NCBI RefSeq assembly: GCF_001194135.2
Contig: NC_068981.1
Span: forward strand, 125,735,916 to 125,774,672
Direction of reading: 5' to 3'
Source: Octopus bimaculoides
Lineage: Eukaryota
DNA: 38,757 bases
In this document: in pieces, positions 11,731 through 23,075 of the stretch
How the letters are laid out: each line of letters opens with the position of its first letter
Position numbering within the stretch: position 1 is the stretch's first letter
Made by a program: the position numbers and the translations under genes
The notes under the pieces: model-generated
Told to the model about the DNA's origin: nothing
The model's input: the letters and a program-made list of their open reading frames with translations, nothing else
Database searches by the model: none

Positions 11731-12348
11731 CCTGAAGAACTATACCTACCTCACAAAAAATGCATAGCCTTGGGTCTATATAACAAATCTATATTATACG
11801 GTAAATAATGTTTTGACAACCTTAGGAATACAAAATAAAAATTAACTTTGTAGAGTATCACCATCATCATCATTGCTCTTCAAATGTCAGCTTTTTATAT
11901 GCTGGCTTAGATTGAACAGGTTTGTAATGCAGCATATTGCCACTCCTCTCCAGATTATATATAAAATATTTTAATTAATACATTATACAATATGCTGATA
12001 TTATTCAATATAGTTCGATTTAACTTGGATATCAGCCAAGAGATCAAACTTGTTTTATTTTGTGTTCTACTTCATTGCCATAAATAATAAACCAAATAGA
12101 TTAAGTCATACACTTGAAAGTGTTTTACATCTTTATAGGCTCCAAAAGTAGAATTAGCAATGAATTCTATGCTTTTATATATTTGAGTAATTGCCAAATA
12201 ATATTAATATGAAAACATAGAAAATAACCTTGCACTTGTTATGGTTATTTTAACTCATTTTGTTGTGTATAGGATTGATTTTTAGCCATTTGTTATTCAA
12301 AATAATTTAAAATCAGGCTTGAGGATTTTTAATTAATTTTTAACTAAT

Positions 12349-12387
<39 letters not shown>

Positions 12388-12464
12388 CACACACACACAC
12401 ACACACACACATACACACAAACTATTACCAACTGCCCATTTAAATGGACGAAGTTAACTTATGA

Positions 12465-12510
12465 AAGTTTGCTGATGAAATCATTACAAGCCTGAAACAT
12501 GTTTAGAATT
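12465..12510 (+). ncRNA. Degenerate minimal type I hammerhead ribozyme motif
   Basis: CTGATGA 12472-12478, GAAA 12494-12497, palindromic CATG, UH = TT; stem I AAGTTTG/TAGAATT pairs 6 of 7 with wobbles; stem II eroded. Confidence 0.55.
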
Positions 12511-12689
12511 GTCTCTTCTACTTGCTGTGAGATTTAAATTAATATTAGTCATTAAATAATATTGACTAATATTGTTTTTTAGTTGCCACATAAATATTTC
12601 TAGTTGGCCTTTCAAAGTTATGCATTTTCTAGAAGTACAACTTACTGTGAAAGTATAACTCAGAGGCACCATCTCCATGAAAAGGGAAA

Positions 12690-12990
12690 CAGATGTAATG
12701 TCAACTGGAGAGCTCTGAGCTAAAATTTATATGGGTATAAATATTTGTGAATGTTTTGAATGCTGTGTCAGCTACATCATGGAAATTTTAAGGTTAGGGA
12801 TATCATTATATATCTAGTGAAAAAGGTATAGGAGGTGGGTGCAAGATTTGAGTACTCAACATTCCAATTAATCCACATAAGTAATAGCAAATAGACTTGA
12901 CAAACAAAATAATATAATATACCTATTGGTAATTCTAGTATCAGTTTGTAGGTGTGGCTGAGGAAACTGAAGTATGTGTTGATGTTAACT
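12690..12990 (-). mobile_element. Penelope-like RT fragment (second copy)
   Basis: Alignable by eye to 14390-14640 (shared GTTTTGAAT..TGTGTCAGCT, TTGAGT.CTCAACA, AGACTTGACAA.CAA). Confidence 0.7.
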
Positions 12991-13073
12991 TATTTAATCC
13001 CGGGAAATTAAGAAAGGCAACAAGAAATAGTTATGTTGTAAGGAAAAAGCAATAGAAGTGAAAATATGTAAGA

Positions 13074-13117
13074 CAAATTCTAACATGTTTTAGTCTTATA
13101 ATCTCATCAGCAAAGCA
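13074..13117 (-). ncRNA. Decayed hammerhead motif, inverted copy of 12465-12510
   Basis: Minus strand reads CTTTG-CTGATGA-GATTATAAGACT-AAAA-CATG-TT-AGAATTTGTC; core G12 is lost. Confidence 0.45.
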
Positions 13118-13499
13118 TAGATTTTACTTACTTTACTGTAATAGTGGTGAATCATTAACTAAATGTACAAGAGTCAATATTCCCTACATTAACTATGTTA
13201 ATATTAGCTTAATTACAGTGTAAATATCTGTGTATTTTGAATATTTTTCCTTTCTTTCATTATAATATTTAGCAATATACAAATACAATGTTAGAATGCT
13301 TCAGAAATGCAGTCAGAAAATCACATTGCAATAAGGACAAAAACAAAAATATTGAATTGCTGCTTTAAAAATATTTTATAGTCCTGATATTTCAAGCAAA
13401 ATACTCTTTATGAAAGATTATGAGAAGTAGAGAAAGTGAGAGAAAATACATCTCCATTTAGGTTGGCATGTTGGGTTTGTATGAGTGAAATTCAAAAGA

Positions 13500-15110
13500 C
13501 CAAGTATGTTGATGAGTGGTGGAGATTGGGGCTATTATATTCCATGGGTTATCAATATCAGGCACTACTGCGACATATGTACAATGAGAATTGAGTTAAG
13601 TATTGTGATGCACAATGACTGGCTGTAATAATCATTGGTCAATTAATCAGTTCATGTTGGTTATTAGTGGTTAACTTCTTTGGTTTGGATAGCTTCTTTG
13701 GTTTGCAAGTGACCAATATTACAATCTGTGGCTTTGATGGTAATCATAATGTCCTTGTTCATGTTCTTGCATTTCCCTAGGGATTTTTAAATGATGATGT
13801 GCATGTGAAAATATTCTCCTTGATTTGGATGTATAAGAATTAAATAATGTTATTCATGTAACACTCATCACATTTGGTGCATTAGATTTGATACTCATTG
13901 TAAGTTTACAGAAGCATGTACATGTTGTAGATGTAACCATTGGCCACTGCTCATGCATTTCTGTTGTTGAGGATTCATTTCTTCAATATAAATGTTTCTG
14001 TTGGGAAGATTCTGAGTTTAACAGTTATATCACCTTGTGGATAGGAGTTGTACTTTTACTAAAGTGTGGTAACTTGAAGAAACAGACACTGGAAGAGTTT
14101 TTCCATTTTTTTTTAGAGTCCTGATAGCAGCTGATAATAGATGTTGGCTATCTTTTTGACTGCAAGCACCTTTTGCGACTATTTAGTGTCAATGGCTTAA
14201 TCTTCTGTCTCACTGCATTTGTCATAGATACAAGTTCACTTGTTTTGAATGTGTTGGACTTTAGTATTGATTGGGAGGACTGATTCATAATGGACAAACA
14301 GATCTCTGCAGGTGACCTTCTGGTAGAAGCTGGTGTTGATGTCACCTCTCTTTATTTCAGATTGAATGGCGGTGGGATGCAGTGTCAGCAGGATGTTTTA
14401 TGCAGTCTTAAATATTCACGGGTGTTTTGAATATTGTGTCAGCTTCTTTCTCCTTAGGAAGAGATGATAATGAATGCCTGGTGAAGAAGTTAGGAAGGGT
14501 AGGTGTTGAGTGCTCAACACTTCTCTTGGCCCATATAATTGATGGCCAGCAGACTTGACAAGCAAGACATCATTAGTAAGTCTAATATCTGTTTTAGGTG
14601 GTATTATTGAGAGAACTGAAATATGTATTGTTTGTGATGATGGAAAGGAGTTGATGGATGTTAGTGATAGGTAGGCTGAAAGAGTAAAGGTTAGAAAAGA
14701 TAATGCAATCAGTCAGTAGATTAATGGCTGAGAGTGGTACTGAGGTGTAGAAAGAGATGATGTCAAAACTGAAGGCATGTTTGAATGTATTGGGTTTGAG
14801 TTGACCTTATGGATGAACTTATCTGGGTTGCTGACATATCCAAGAGAGGTTAGGAGGATAGGTGTTAGGATCCAAGAGAGGAGTGAGGAAATTTTGTGTG
14901 AAGGTCTGTCAAAGCCAGACACAATATGTCTAATATGTTTAGATCCAGGATTGTGTGTTTTGATCAAATGGAAGAATGTGGAAATCTGTTTCATGTGAGG
15001 AAGTTAGTTTTATATTTGGTAGGTATTCTTTGATGGTTGCAGATGTCACTTGAGGTAGTTATGTTGAGGTTCTTACCAGTGCCAACTGAACATAATGCCT
15101 GTAACCCTTG
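13500..15110 (-). mobile_element. Penelope-like element (PLE) remnant: RT, thumb and GIY-YIG endonuclease
   Basis: ORF 14713..14994 FHLIKTHNPG..IRHIVSGFDRPSHKISSLLSWILTP; SFDI box in another frame; thumb DINTSFYQKVTCRDLFVHYESVLP; GIY-YIG-like YQI*CTKCDECYM near 13850-13895. Confidence 0.85.
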
Positions 15111-16235
15111 TGTATAATTCGTTGTTTTAAGTATTCAAACACAAACAGAGAGAGGGAGAGAGAGAGAGTCCATTGCAGAATGCAAATACAAGATATTGTG
15201 AAAAATGCTGTGTTGCATTACAATAAATACTGCAGTAAAATGGTTGTATGCAAACAGAACAGAAGTTTGTAGGAAAAGCAAAAGAAAGCATATATACATC
15301 ATCTTGTCAGCTGTCAACTGGATATCACTGAAATTTCGACATTTCTGACAGTATTATCCTTGCAGTAGAGTTAGCAATATGGAAACTGCTCAGGAAATGA
15401 TGCAGAGATGTAAAACGAAAAAAGTGTCTTCAGCTAAAATGGGGTTTCTCTTAATCTTTTCAACCAATTAAATTACTATGTCTTACTCTGAGACACATTC
15501 ATACTACATGTACGCACGTACTGTTATTAAACAGCATCACAACAACCTGTTCTTTTCTCTCTTCCACCATTGATTTCTTGACTTTTGAGCAAAATTGTAC
15601 TTTAGCATGCAAACAAAAAGTGAAAATTAAATTCAAGAGAAATAAAATTTAAAAAATAGGCTGAAATGAAAGCAAAATGATAAAGAAATGAAAGTTAACC
15701 TCTATATTATTTCAGTGATGCTCTGTGTGCTGTATCCTTAGTCACCAGTGCTAATTGTACCTTTAGATATAGCAGCTGAAGTAAACTAAATGTGTGTCCG
15801 ACAGCAAATACCACAGCAAAAGATATTTTGTAACTTGTAGATGAGTGATACTTAGCTAATATCATATCTTTATGAACATATGTGAAGAAATAAGTTCTAT
15901 TTGTGAATCTTATTTGTGCTATAAATGAATGTCATACTTTATATTCTATTTTTAGATATATATACCTTTACTGTTACAAAAAAATAAAGTTTTATCCTTT
16001 CAGTGTTCATTTTTTGCTTTTGATTTTTAGAAATAACACATTAAATTCTGCATTATTTTTTTTCAATTTTACTGCCATGACTTCACAGCTTTTTTCTTCT
16101 GTTTTTTTTTTCGTTCTTTTTTTTTCTTTCAGTTTCAAATTCATTTTTGTGGATGCTAAAATAAGATTTAATCACACTTTGGCCTTCTCACATTATTTCT
16201 CTACAATGTTATCATTCTTTCTCTGTTAAATGTAT

Positions 16236-16270
<35 letters not shown>

Positions 16271-16281
16271 AGGAATATGAG

Positions 16282-16470
16282 GGGTTTAGTTCACTGGTCA
16301 TCTAAACGAATGGGTACACTGAGTAAGTGGTGTAATTAGTCATCCGTTAGGTTCCAAGTTCACAACTGAGGCTGGAGTTAGGGATCTGTATTAGGCATCC
16401 GAGTTAATTTTCTTAATTTTGAAAAATAAAAAAAATATAAAAAAACTACATTATTTATAGGATGACCCTA
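16282..16470. mobile_element. Interspersed repeat ending in a TA-flanked TIR-like end; partial relative at 37508-37590
   Basis: GGGGTTTAGTTCAC.GGT.ATCTAAA is shared with 37508; ends TTATTTATAGGATGACCC followed by TA. Confidence 0.5.
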
Positions 16471-16481
16471 TATATATATAT

Positions 16482-17056
16482 NNNNNNNNNNNNNNNNNNN
16501 NNNNNNNNNNNNNNNNNNNNNNNNNNNNNNNNNNNNNNNNNNNNNNNNNNNNNNNNNNNNNNNNNNNNNNNNNNNNNNNNNNNNNNNNNNNNNNNNNNNN
16601 NNNNNNNNNNNNNNNNNNNNNNNNNNNNNNNNNNNNNNNNNNNNNNNNNNNNNNNNNNNNNNNNNNNNNNNNNNNNNNNNNNNNNNNNNNNNNNNNNNNN
16701 NNNNNNNNNNNNNNNNNNNNNNNNNNNNNNNNNNNNNNNNNNNNNNNNNNNNNNNNNNNNNNNNNNNNNNNNNNNNNNNNNNNNNNNNNNNNNNNNNNNN
16801 NNNNNNNNNNNNNNNNNNNNNNNNNNNNNNNNNNNNNNNNNNNNNNNNNNNNNNNNNNNNNNNNNNNNNNNNNNNNNNNNNNNNNNNNNNNNNNNNNNNN
16901 NNNNNNNNNNNNNNNNNNNNNNNNNNNNNNNNNNNNNNNNNNNNNNNNNNNNNNNNNNNNNNNNNNNNNNNNNNNNNNNNNNNNNNNNNNNNNNNNNNNN
17001 NNNNNNNNNNNNNNNNNNNNNNNNNNNNNNNNNNNNNNNNNNNNNNNNNNNNNNNN
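16482..17056. other. Assembly gap (575 N)
   Basis: N run flanked by (TA)n on both sides. Confidence 1.
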
Positions 17057-17283
17057 ATATATATATATATGTCTGTGTGTCTGTGTTTGTCCTCCCCAAC
17101 ATCGCTTGACAACTGATGCTGGTGTGTTTACGTTCCCGTAACTTAGCGGTTTGGCAAAAGAGACCAATAGAATAAGTACTAGGCTTACAAAGAATAAGTC
17201 CTAGGGGCGATGTGCTTAACTAAAGGTGGTGCTCCAGCATGGCCGCAGTCAAATTACCTAAACAACTAAAAGAGTAAAAGAGA
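17057..17283 (+). mobile_element. SINE family A, 3' half with TAAAAGAG tail; 5' half lost in the gap
   Basis: Matches 1190-1316 and extends through GGTGCTCCAGCATGGCCGCAGTC to the tail. Confidence 0.85.
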
Positions 17284-18057
17284 CAGGAAAAGTGCAATAA
17301 TGAAAAAAATGGTGAAAAAATTTTCAGAAGAGTGTTCAGAAGTATATTTGAATTTGACAGTTATTTTTGACTGAATGCTGAGAGTTATCATTATTATTTT
17401 CCTGTGTTTTGTATGCCTAGGTGAACATAGTAAATATGGCAGTATGTGTAAGTGTTCTTTCATTATAATGAGAATACACAGAAGCATATAAAATGCAGAG
17501 GAAATATTCCATGAACATGAGTCTCCAAGCTAAATAGTCTGTTGGGAAGTAGTCTTGTGGTAATACAATAAAATCCCATCAATATTATATTTGTGGGATG
17601 AAAAGGCAAAAAGGAAATGAAGTTAATTGAAGCTATTCAATGTGTAAAATGTGATAAAATAAGATGAATTCATATTAATATGGAGAATATCATGGAAAGG
17701 CCCCTTGAGCAATGTTTACTGGGTAAATAGTTGTATGATTTTGTGGTTAGAGGATAAAGTCAATCAAAGCATTACAGACCATAAGAAGAAGGTCAAAGTA
17801 CTGGGTGCGAAAAAATTTGATTTTTGGAAGATTTAAGCCTTCATCCAGGTTCAAGGGGATAATTATTTTGCCGCATTTTCATTTCTCATCTCGTGAATAT
17901 ATTGAATATATGTATAAGTGTATAAGTATATACACAGGTGTGCATCCATGCATATGTGCACATGCCATAAACATCAGCACATTATATGCTTGCTCATGTT
18001 GATGTGCATAAATCTGGATGTTTATGTAGGAACACATCTCTCTTTGAACAGACTTGC

Positions 18058-18075
18058 CACACACACACATGCACA

Positions 18076-18125
<50 letters not shown>

Positions 18126-18199
18126 CACATACAGATATACATATACACACATACACACACATACATACATACACACACATACACACACACATACATACA

Positions 18200-18230
<31 letters not shown>

Positions 18231-18232
18231 GC
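18058..18232. repeat. Compound (CA)n/(CATA)n microsatellite
   Basis: Direct reading. Confidence 0.95.
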
Positions 18233-18995
18233 ATGAATTTGTTTGCTTGATCACACATGTATGTATTCATGTTCACACTTGTCACATACTTATACTCACT
18301 CATTTACAAGGATGCATGCACACATGTACCTATTATGTTAAGATATGTAGGAATGCATGTTTGTTTTTATGAATCCCCATTTAAATGTAAGTTTGTGATA
18401 AAAAGCAAGATGAATCAGATGAGTTACATTAAAAAAAGATTAACAAATAATCTAAGTTACATTAAAGCTATTAAGTTGGATGCATAATAAATAAATAGAT
18501 AGTATAAATCAAATGGTGATAAATTAGGAATGATGAAAGGTGATAAGATGTAATAGAGGTGATAAAATAAATTGAATAAATTGGTGCTAAAAGAAATTTG
18601 TTCTGAGGGGGAAAAATAACATTACAAAACAAAGCATAATGTGGATGACTATAAGAAGTAGCTGGCTCTTCATACTAGCATAAGTGAATGGGCTACCATA
18701 GTCTAAATCAGTTTTTATTTGGAATTACTGTTCTCTTAGAATTGTTAGAGACCTCACTTCACTTGAACATTCCATACAGTTAGTTGTCCTTATCACCAAA
18801 CACTTTGCAGAGACTATTAGCTACATTTTCATGTAGTGTTAGAGATGTTTTATTCCCAGCATAACTAAAAAGTCCTCTACATTATCTCTGTTCATTAGTT
18901 CATTGGTACCAGAGAGGGGGAGAGAGAGATGAAGAGGAATGAGTGTTGATTGTCAATAATAAGTGATATAAGATGGGGAGTATGAGAGATAGGGA

Positions 18996-19038
<43 letters not shown>

Positions 19039-19085
19039 CACTTCTTACATGGAAGATGAATATTAAATGATGGTGACCCTCTCTC

Positions 19086-19148
<63 letters not shown>

Positions 19149-19300
19149 TAATCAGAGTGTATAATATTATATATTCATCACAACGAATATAATACTCTTC
19201 ACTTCAATTAATTTACACACTCTATTGACAAATACAACAGTGCATAATTATGGATTTTTTGATGGCTATATAAGTGTATGTATGTATGTATGTATGTATA

Positions 19301-20541
19301 TTGGGTTGAGGGTTTTTTTTCAAATTTATTTAAACCTACATTTTTAAATCAATAATATATTCTCCATTGTTGTTTACAACTTCCTCCCATCATTCAATAA
19401 GTTTTTTGATGCCTCAGCAATAGGAATCTCCCGGTCTTAACTCAAAGAATTCATCCAATCAGGCTCTCGATTCCATGTCATTATTGAATGATACACTGGG
19501 CAAAGCATTCGAAAGTGGTCGAAAAAGAAAAAAATCTGACAGCACCAAGTCTGGAGAGTAAGGAACACTTCTTATTTGAGTTCTTGAACAGAGCTTTGGT
19601 CATATTGGTGATGTGAGGATGGGTGTTGTCACATTGGAGAAGAATGCCATTTTGCCAATTCAGTCTCTTTTGCTGAATTGCTTTGTTGAATCGGTGCAGT
19701 TGTTAAATGTAAAGCTCTGCATTGAGTGTCTGGTTGCACTCAAGCAGTTTGTAATGAATTATGCCTTCTCAGTCCCACCAACACACACATAGTCTTTTGA
19801 GGATGAAGGTCTTGTTTTACTTGTGGAGTTGCTTATTTGCCGGGTCTGAGCCATTCTTTTCACTGCTTCATATTGATGTAAAGGCACCGTTTTTCATCAC
19901 CAGCAACAATGTGGTAAAGAAAACGCTGTTTGTGACCATGTGTTGAGTGATGTCGAGTGAGCAAACTGGCAGTGATTGTGGAGCATTTTTGTTGTTTTCG
20001 CTCAAAGTGTGTGGCACCCAAGCGCTGAATTTCTGAACCTTGCCCATTGAGTGAAGGTGGTTCAGCACAGTTTTTTTTATCATAATCCTTGTGCTCTGCC
20101 AATTCTCTTGTTGTTTGACATGGATTTTGAAGAAGTTAATTCGATTACTCTTCATCGAAATCAATTCGTCGACCGGAGTGTGATCCATCCTTGAGGTCAA
20201 AATTTCCATTTTCGAGGTGCAAAAACCAATGGTGAGCACTACTTTGAGGTATTGTTCTTTCTCCACACAAAGCACAAATCTCACAAGTAGCTTTGGTGGC
20301 CTTAACACCTCGATTAAATGCAAAAAGCAAATGTCAAAAATGCTCAGTTTTGTCCACTTGACATTCCATTTTAATGATCTGAAAATACACAACAATCAAT
20401 AAAATTTAAAAATCAAAACATACTATCTTGTAGAGCAAAATATTCTCTTTTAAATAACTTAAAATGTATTGCCAATGCATTTTATTTCTGCATGCATTTT
20501 TAAATTTGAAAAAAATGGTCATGAATTATTCCTCAACCCAA
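19301..20541 (-). mobile_element. Full-length (1241 bp) decayed mariner transposon, mellifera-like
   Basis: TIRs begin TTGGGTTGAGG at both ends; TA duplication at 19299-19300 and 20542-20543; internal transposase remnant. Confidence 0.95.
19336..20369 (-). pseudogene. Mariner transposase pseudogene (D,D34D type)
   Basis: MECQVDK..LFAFNRGVKA..GNFDLKD.SHSGR (HTH region), WVPHTL, IVAGDEK, CDNTHPH, PYSPDLVLSDF, WEEVVNNNGEYII; several frameshifts and stops. Confidence 0.95.
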
Positions 20542-20714
20542 TATATTAGCAAAATTTGATGTAGATTCTCTGCTCAACTTTCTCTGTCATGGTGAATGCA
20601 ATGATCACATGCTACATACATTCCTTTTTTTAAAAACTTAATAGTGTTCAATTAATCACTATGCATATCAATCATATTCTGTTATAGTGTCTTATTGACG
20701 AGTTTCATTTCTTC

Positions 20715-20801
20715 ATTTCCCTGAAGAGAAGATTACATTGTTTTACACCATTTTATTCCTTTGGAATAATATCAGTGATATCTTCGAAACATGTCGGAAG
20801 T
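20715..20801 (+). ncRNA. Minimal type I hammerhead ribozyme, core apparently intact
   Basis: Stem I ATTTCC(20715-20720)/GGAAGT(20796-20801); CTGAAGA 20721-20727; stem II GAAGAT(20728-20733)/ATCTTC(20780-20785); GAAA 20786-20789; palindromic ACATGT stem III; GUC cleavage site after 20795. Confidence 0.8.
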
Positions 20802-20833
20802 AAAAGAATTTGAATAACACCTGCGTTTAACTC

Positions 20834-21183
20834 CGTAAATAGCATCATTTGAGCATGATCGTTACAACGTTGCCTTCCTGGCACGTGAAAAGATATTTGA
20901 GTGAGTTCGTTGCCAGTACCGCTGGACTGGCTTCTGTGCAGGTGGCATATAAAATACACCATTTCGAGCGTGGCCTTTGCCAGTACTTCCTGACTAGCCT
21001 TCGTGCTGGTGGCATGTAAACGCACCCACTACACTCTAGGAGTAATTGGCATTAGGAAGAGCATCCAGCTGTAAAAACTCTGTCAAATCAGATTGGAGCC
21101 TGGTGTAACCATCTGGTTCACCAGTCCTCACTTAAATCGTCCAACCCATGCTAGCATGGAAAGTGGACGTTAAACGATGATGA

Positions 21184-21186
<3 letters not shown>
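20834..21186 (+). mobile_element. RTE-associated non-autonomous element (family C) with (GAT)n tail, 5'-truncated
   Basis: Highly similar to 33885-34254; contains GGCATTAGGAAGAGCATCCAGCTGTAAAA and ends GTTAAACGATGATGATGA. Confidence 0.85.
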
Positions 21187-21254
<68 letters not shown>

Positions 21255-22667
21255 GTTATATGCCTGTGTATATACACATATGCACACACAAAATCAAAAC
21301 TGTACATGCACACAGGAATTATATATAAGGTAAATAGTAATATGGTAGTGCATGTAATTATACAAATAATACTCAGTACTCTACAATAGTGTGGAATAGA
21401 ATAGATTTTATTCGGAACTGAATTTGAGTTGTGACTTGCACAAGTTCAGTTCTCAATAATAAGGCATAAGGCAATACATACCCAACAGAGTACATCATAA
21501 TTAATCTAAGCAAGGTATTTTCCATCAAGAGTGGTCAACAAATATTCATATAAAGTATAAATTATGTGAGTCTGACATAAGTCTATAAAGTGAAAGACTC
21601 TCTTCCTGTAGTTAATTTGTTGAAGACTGAGTCTCATAAATTTTGCTCGTTTAGGAAGTAATTGTTCAAGTTTATTATTATAGTAGACTATTGATTTTAA
21701 TGCATAATTTACTCTATTTACTGATACTTTTCAGGACTCTAATACATTTTATTGTTAGAGTGTATTAAAAATTTCAATAGTTAGGAGAGTTTGGCTGTTC
21801 TTTAACCCTATGTTATCTTTGAATGAGCAAACCCATAATCAAAGATATTTCAGATTCTTGCATGTGTGTGAGTGTATAGGAGTACATCATCTAGTATACT
21901 ATTTCCTTATTTAAAACAGCAGGGTGTAATTTAAGGGGAGTTTGGTTGCTATTTCTAGTATATGAAGTGATTATGTAGTGGCTCATTCATTGACTCAAAC
22001 TTTGAAATTTGTTGTGAGGTACTGGCATTGCTATTTTCTCTTTAAATTTCAACCCTAGTGTACTGTTGTGTCTAGTATTAAAAATTATCAATTTAATTTG
22101 CTGAGTTACGGTTGTTTACTGGAATATTTAATATAATCTTTCCTGAAGTGATTATATCAAATAGCAACAAATCCTTGAAAGCAAGTGAACAACATTGAAA
22201 ACAATGGAAAGAAGATGGCCTGTGGAGTCAAATCTCTAATTTCCTATCACACAATAGAAGCAAAGTAGAGTTTTGGAAAACTTTAAATTAGACAAATAGC
22301 TAGACACTTCAATTTTTAACTCTGCTCACCAACACACAAGTATATATGTGTGTAAAAAATTATATACATCATCTTTTATACACACACACGCACACACATT
22401 CACACGCATATACATGTATACTTGCACACATACGAACATACACACATGTGGATATGTGGGGGGTGTCTGCATATATATACACACACACGGACACGTATCC
22501 ACACACACATTCAAATTTACTATATTATTGAGTCTCTTTTTGCCTTCTTCATGAACTAATCCAATGTTTATGTTGAGATGTTTCAAATAAATAGCATTTT
22601 ACCATTTATACTGAATATTGTCATATATGTAGATACAACCATGGCTATATGGATACAAGTTCATTTT

Positions 22668-22790
22668 GAAACCATGTGGTTTTAAGTTTTATCCCACTGC
22701 TTAACACCTTTTGCAAATGTCTTCTGCTATAGCCTGAGGTTGACAGATGTCTTGTGAGTGAAATTCTATTGAAACTATGGAATCTCATTA
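22668..22790 (+). mobile_element. SINE family A, diverged
   Basis: AACCATGTGGTT..TGTCTTCTGCTATAGCCTGAGG..TTGTGAGTG. Confidence 0.6.
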
Positions 22791-22879
22791 TGTGTGTGCA
22801 TTGCATATATATGTATATGTGTGATGGAGGTGAGAAAGGACTATGGACTTGCTGTATTCAAGAAGAACTGTGCACGACA

Positions 22880-23075
22880 GCAGAATTGAGACCAGTGCTG
22901 GTATCACATAAAAAACACCCAGTACACTCTGTGGAGTGGTTTGCGTTAGGAAGGGCATCCAGCCATAGAAACCATACCAGAACATATAATGGAGCCTAGT
23001 ACAGCCCCTGACCTTACCAGCTCTGGTTAAACCATTCAACCCATACTAGCTTGAGAAACTGACATTAAATAATGA
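22880..23075 (+). mobile_element. Family C-related element, diverged
   Basis: GGAGTGGTTTGCGTTAGGAAGGGCATCCAGCCATAGAAAC..CAACCCATACTAGC..ATGATGAT. Confidence 0.7.

Noticed and set aside
15350-15480. Possible exon TTGCAG|..ATGGAAACTGCTCAGGAAATG.. (METAQEMMQR)
   Set aside because: Short, unrecognised peptide, weak donor and no linking exons.
16451-17167. Long ORFs spanning 16451-17167, 30358-30669 and 31025-31858
   Set aside because: They are artefacts of N-gaps translated as X.
20548-20625. Segment recalling the terminus of a second mariner family next to the TIR at 20541
   Set aside because: Short, degraded and based only on recollection; it needs a Repbase/Dfam search.
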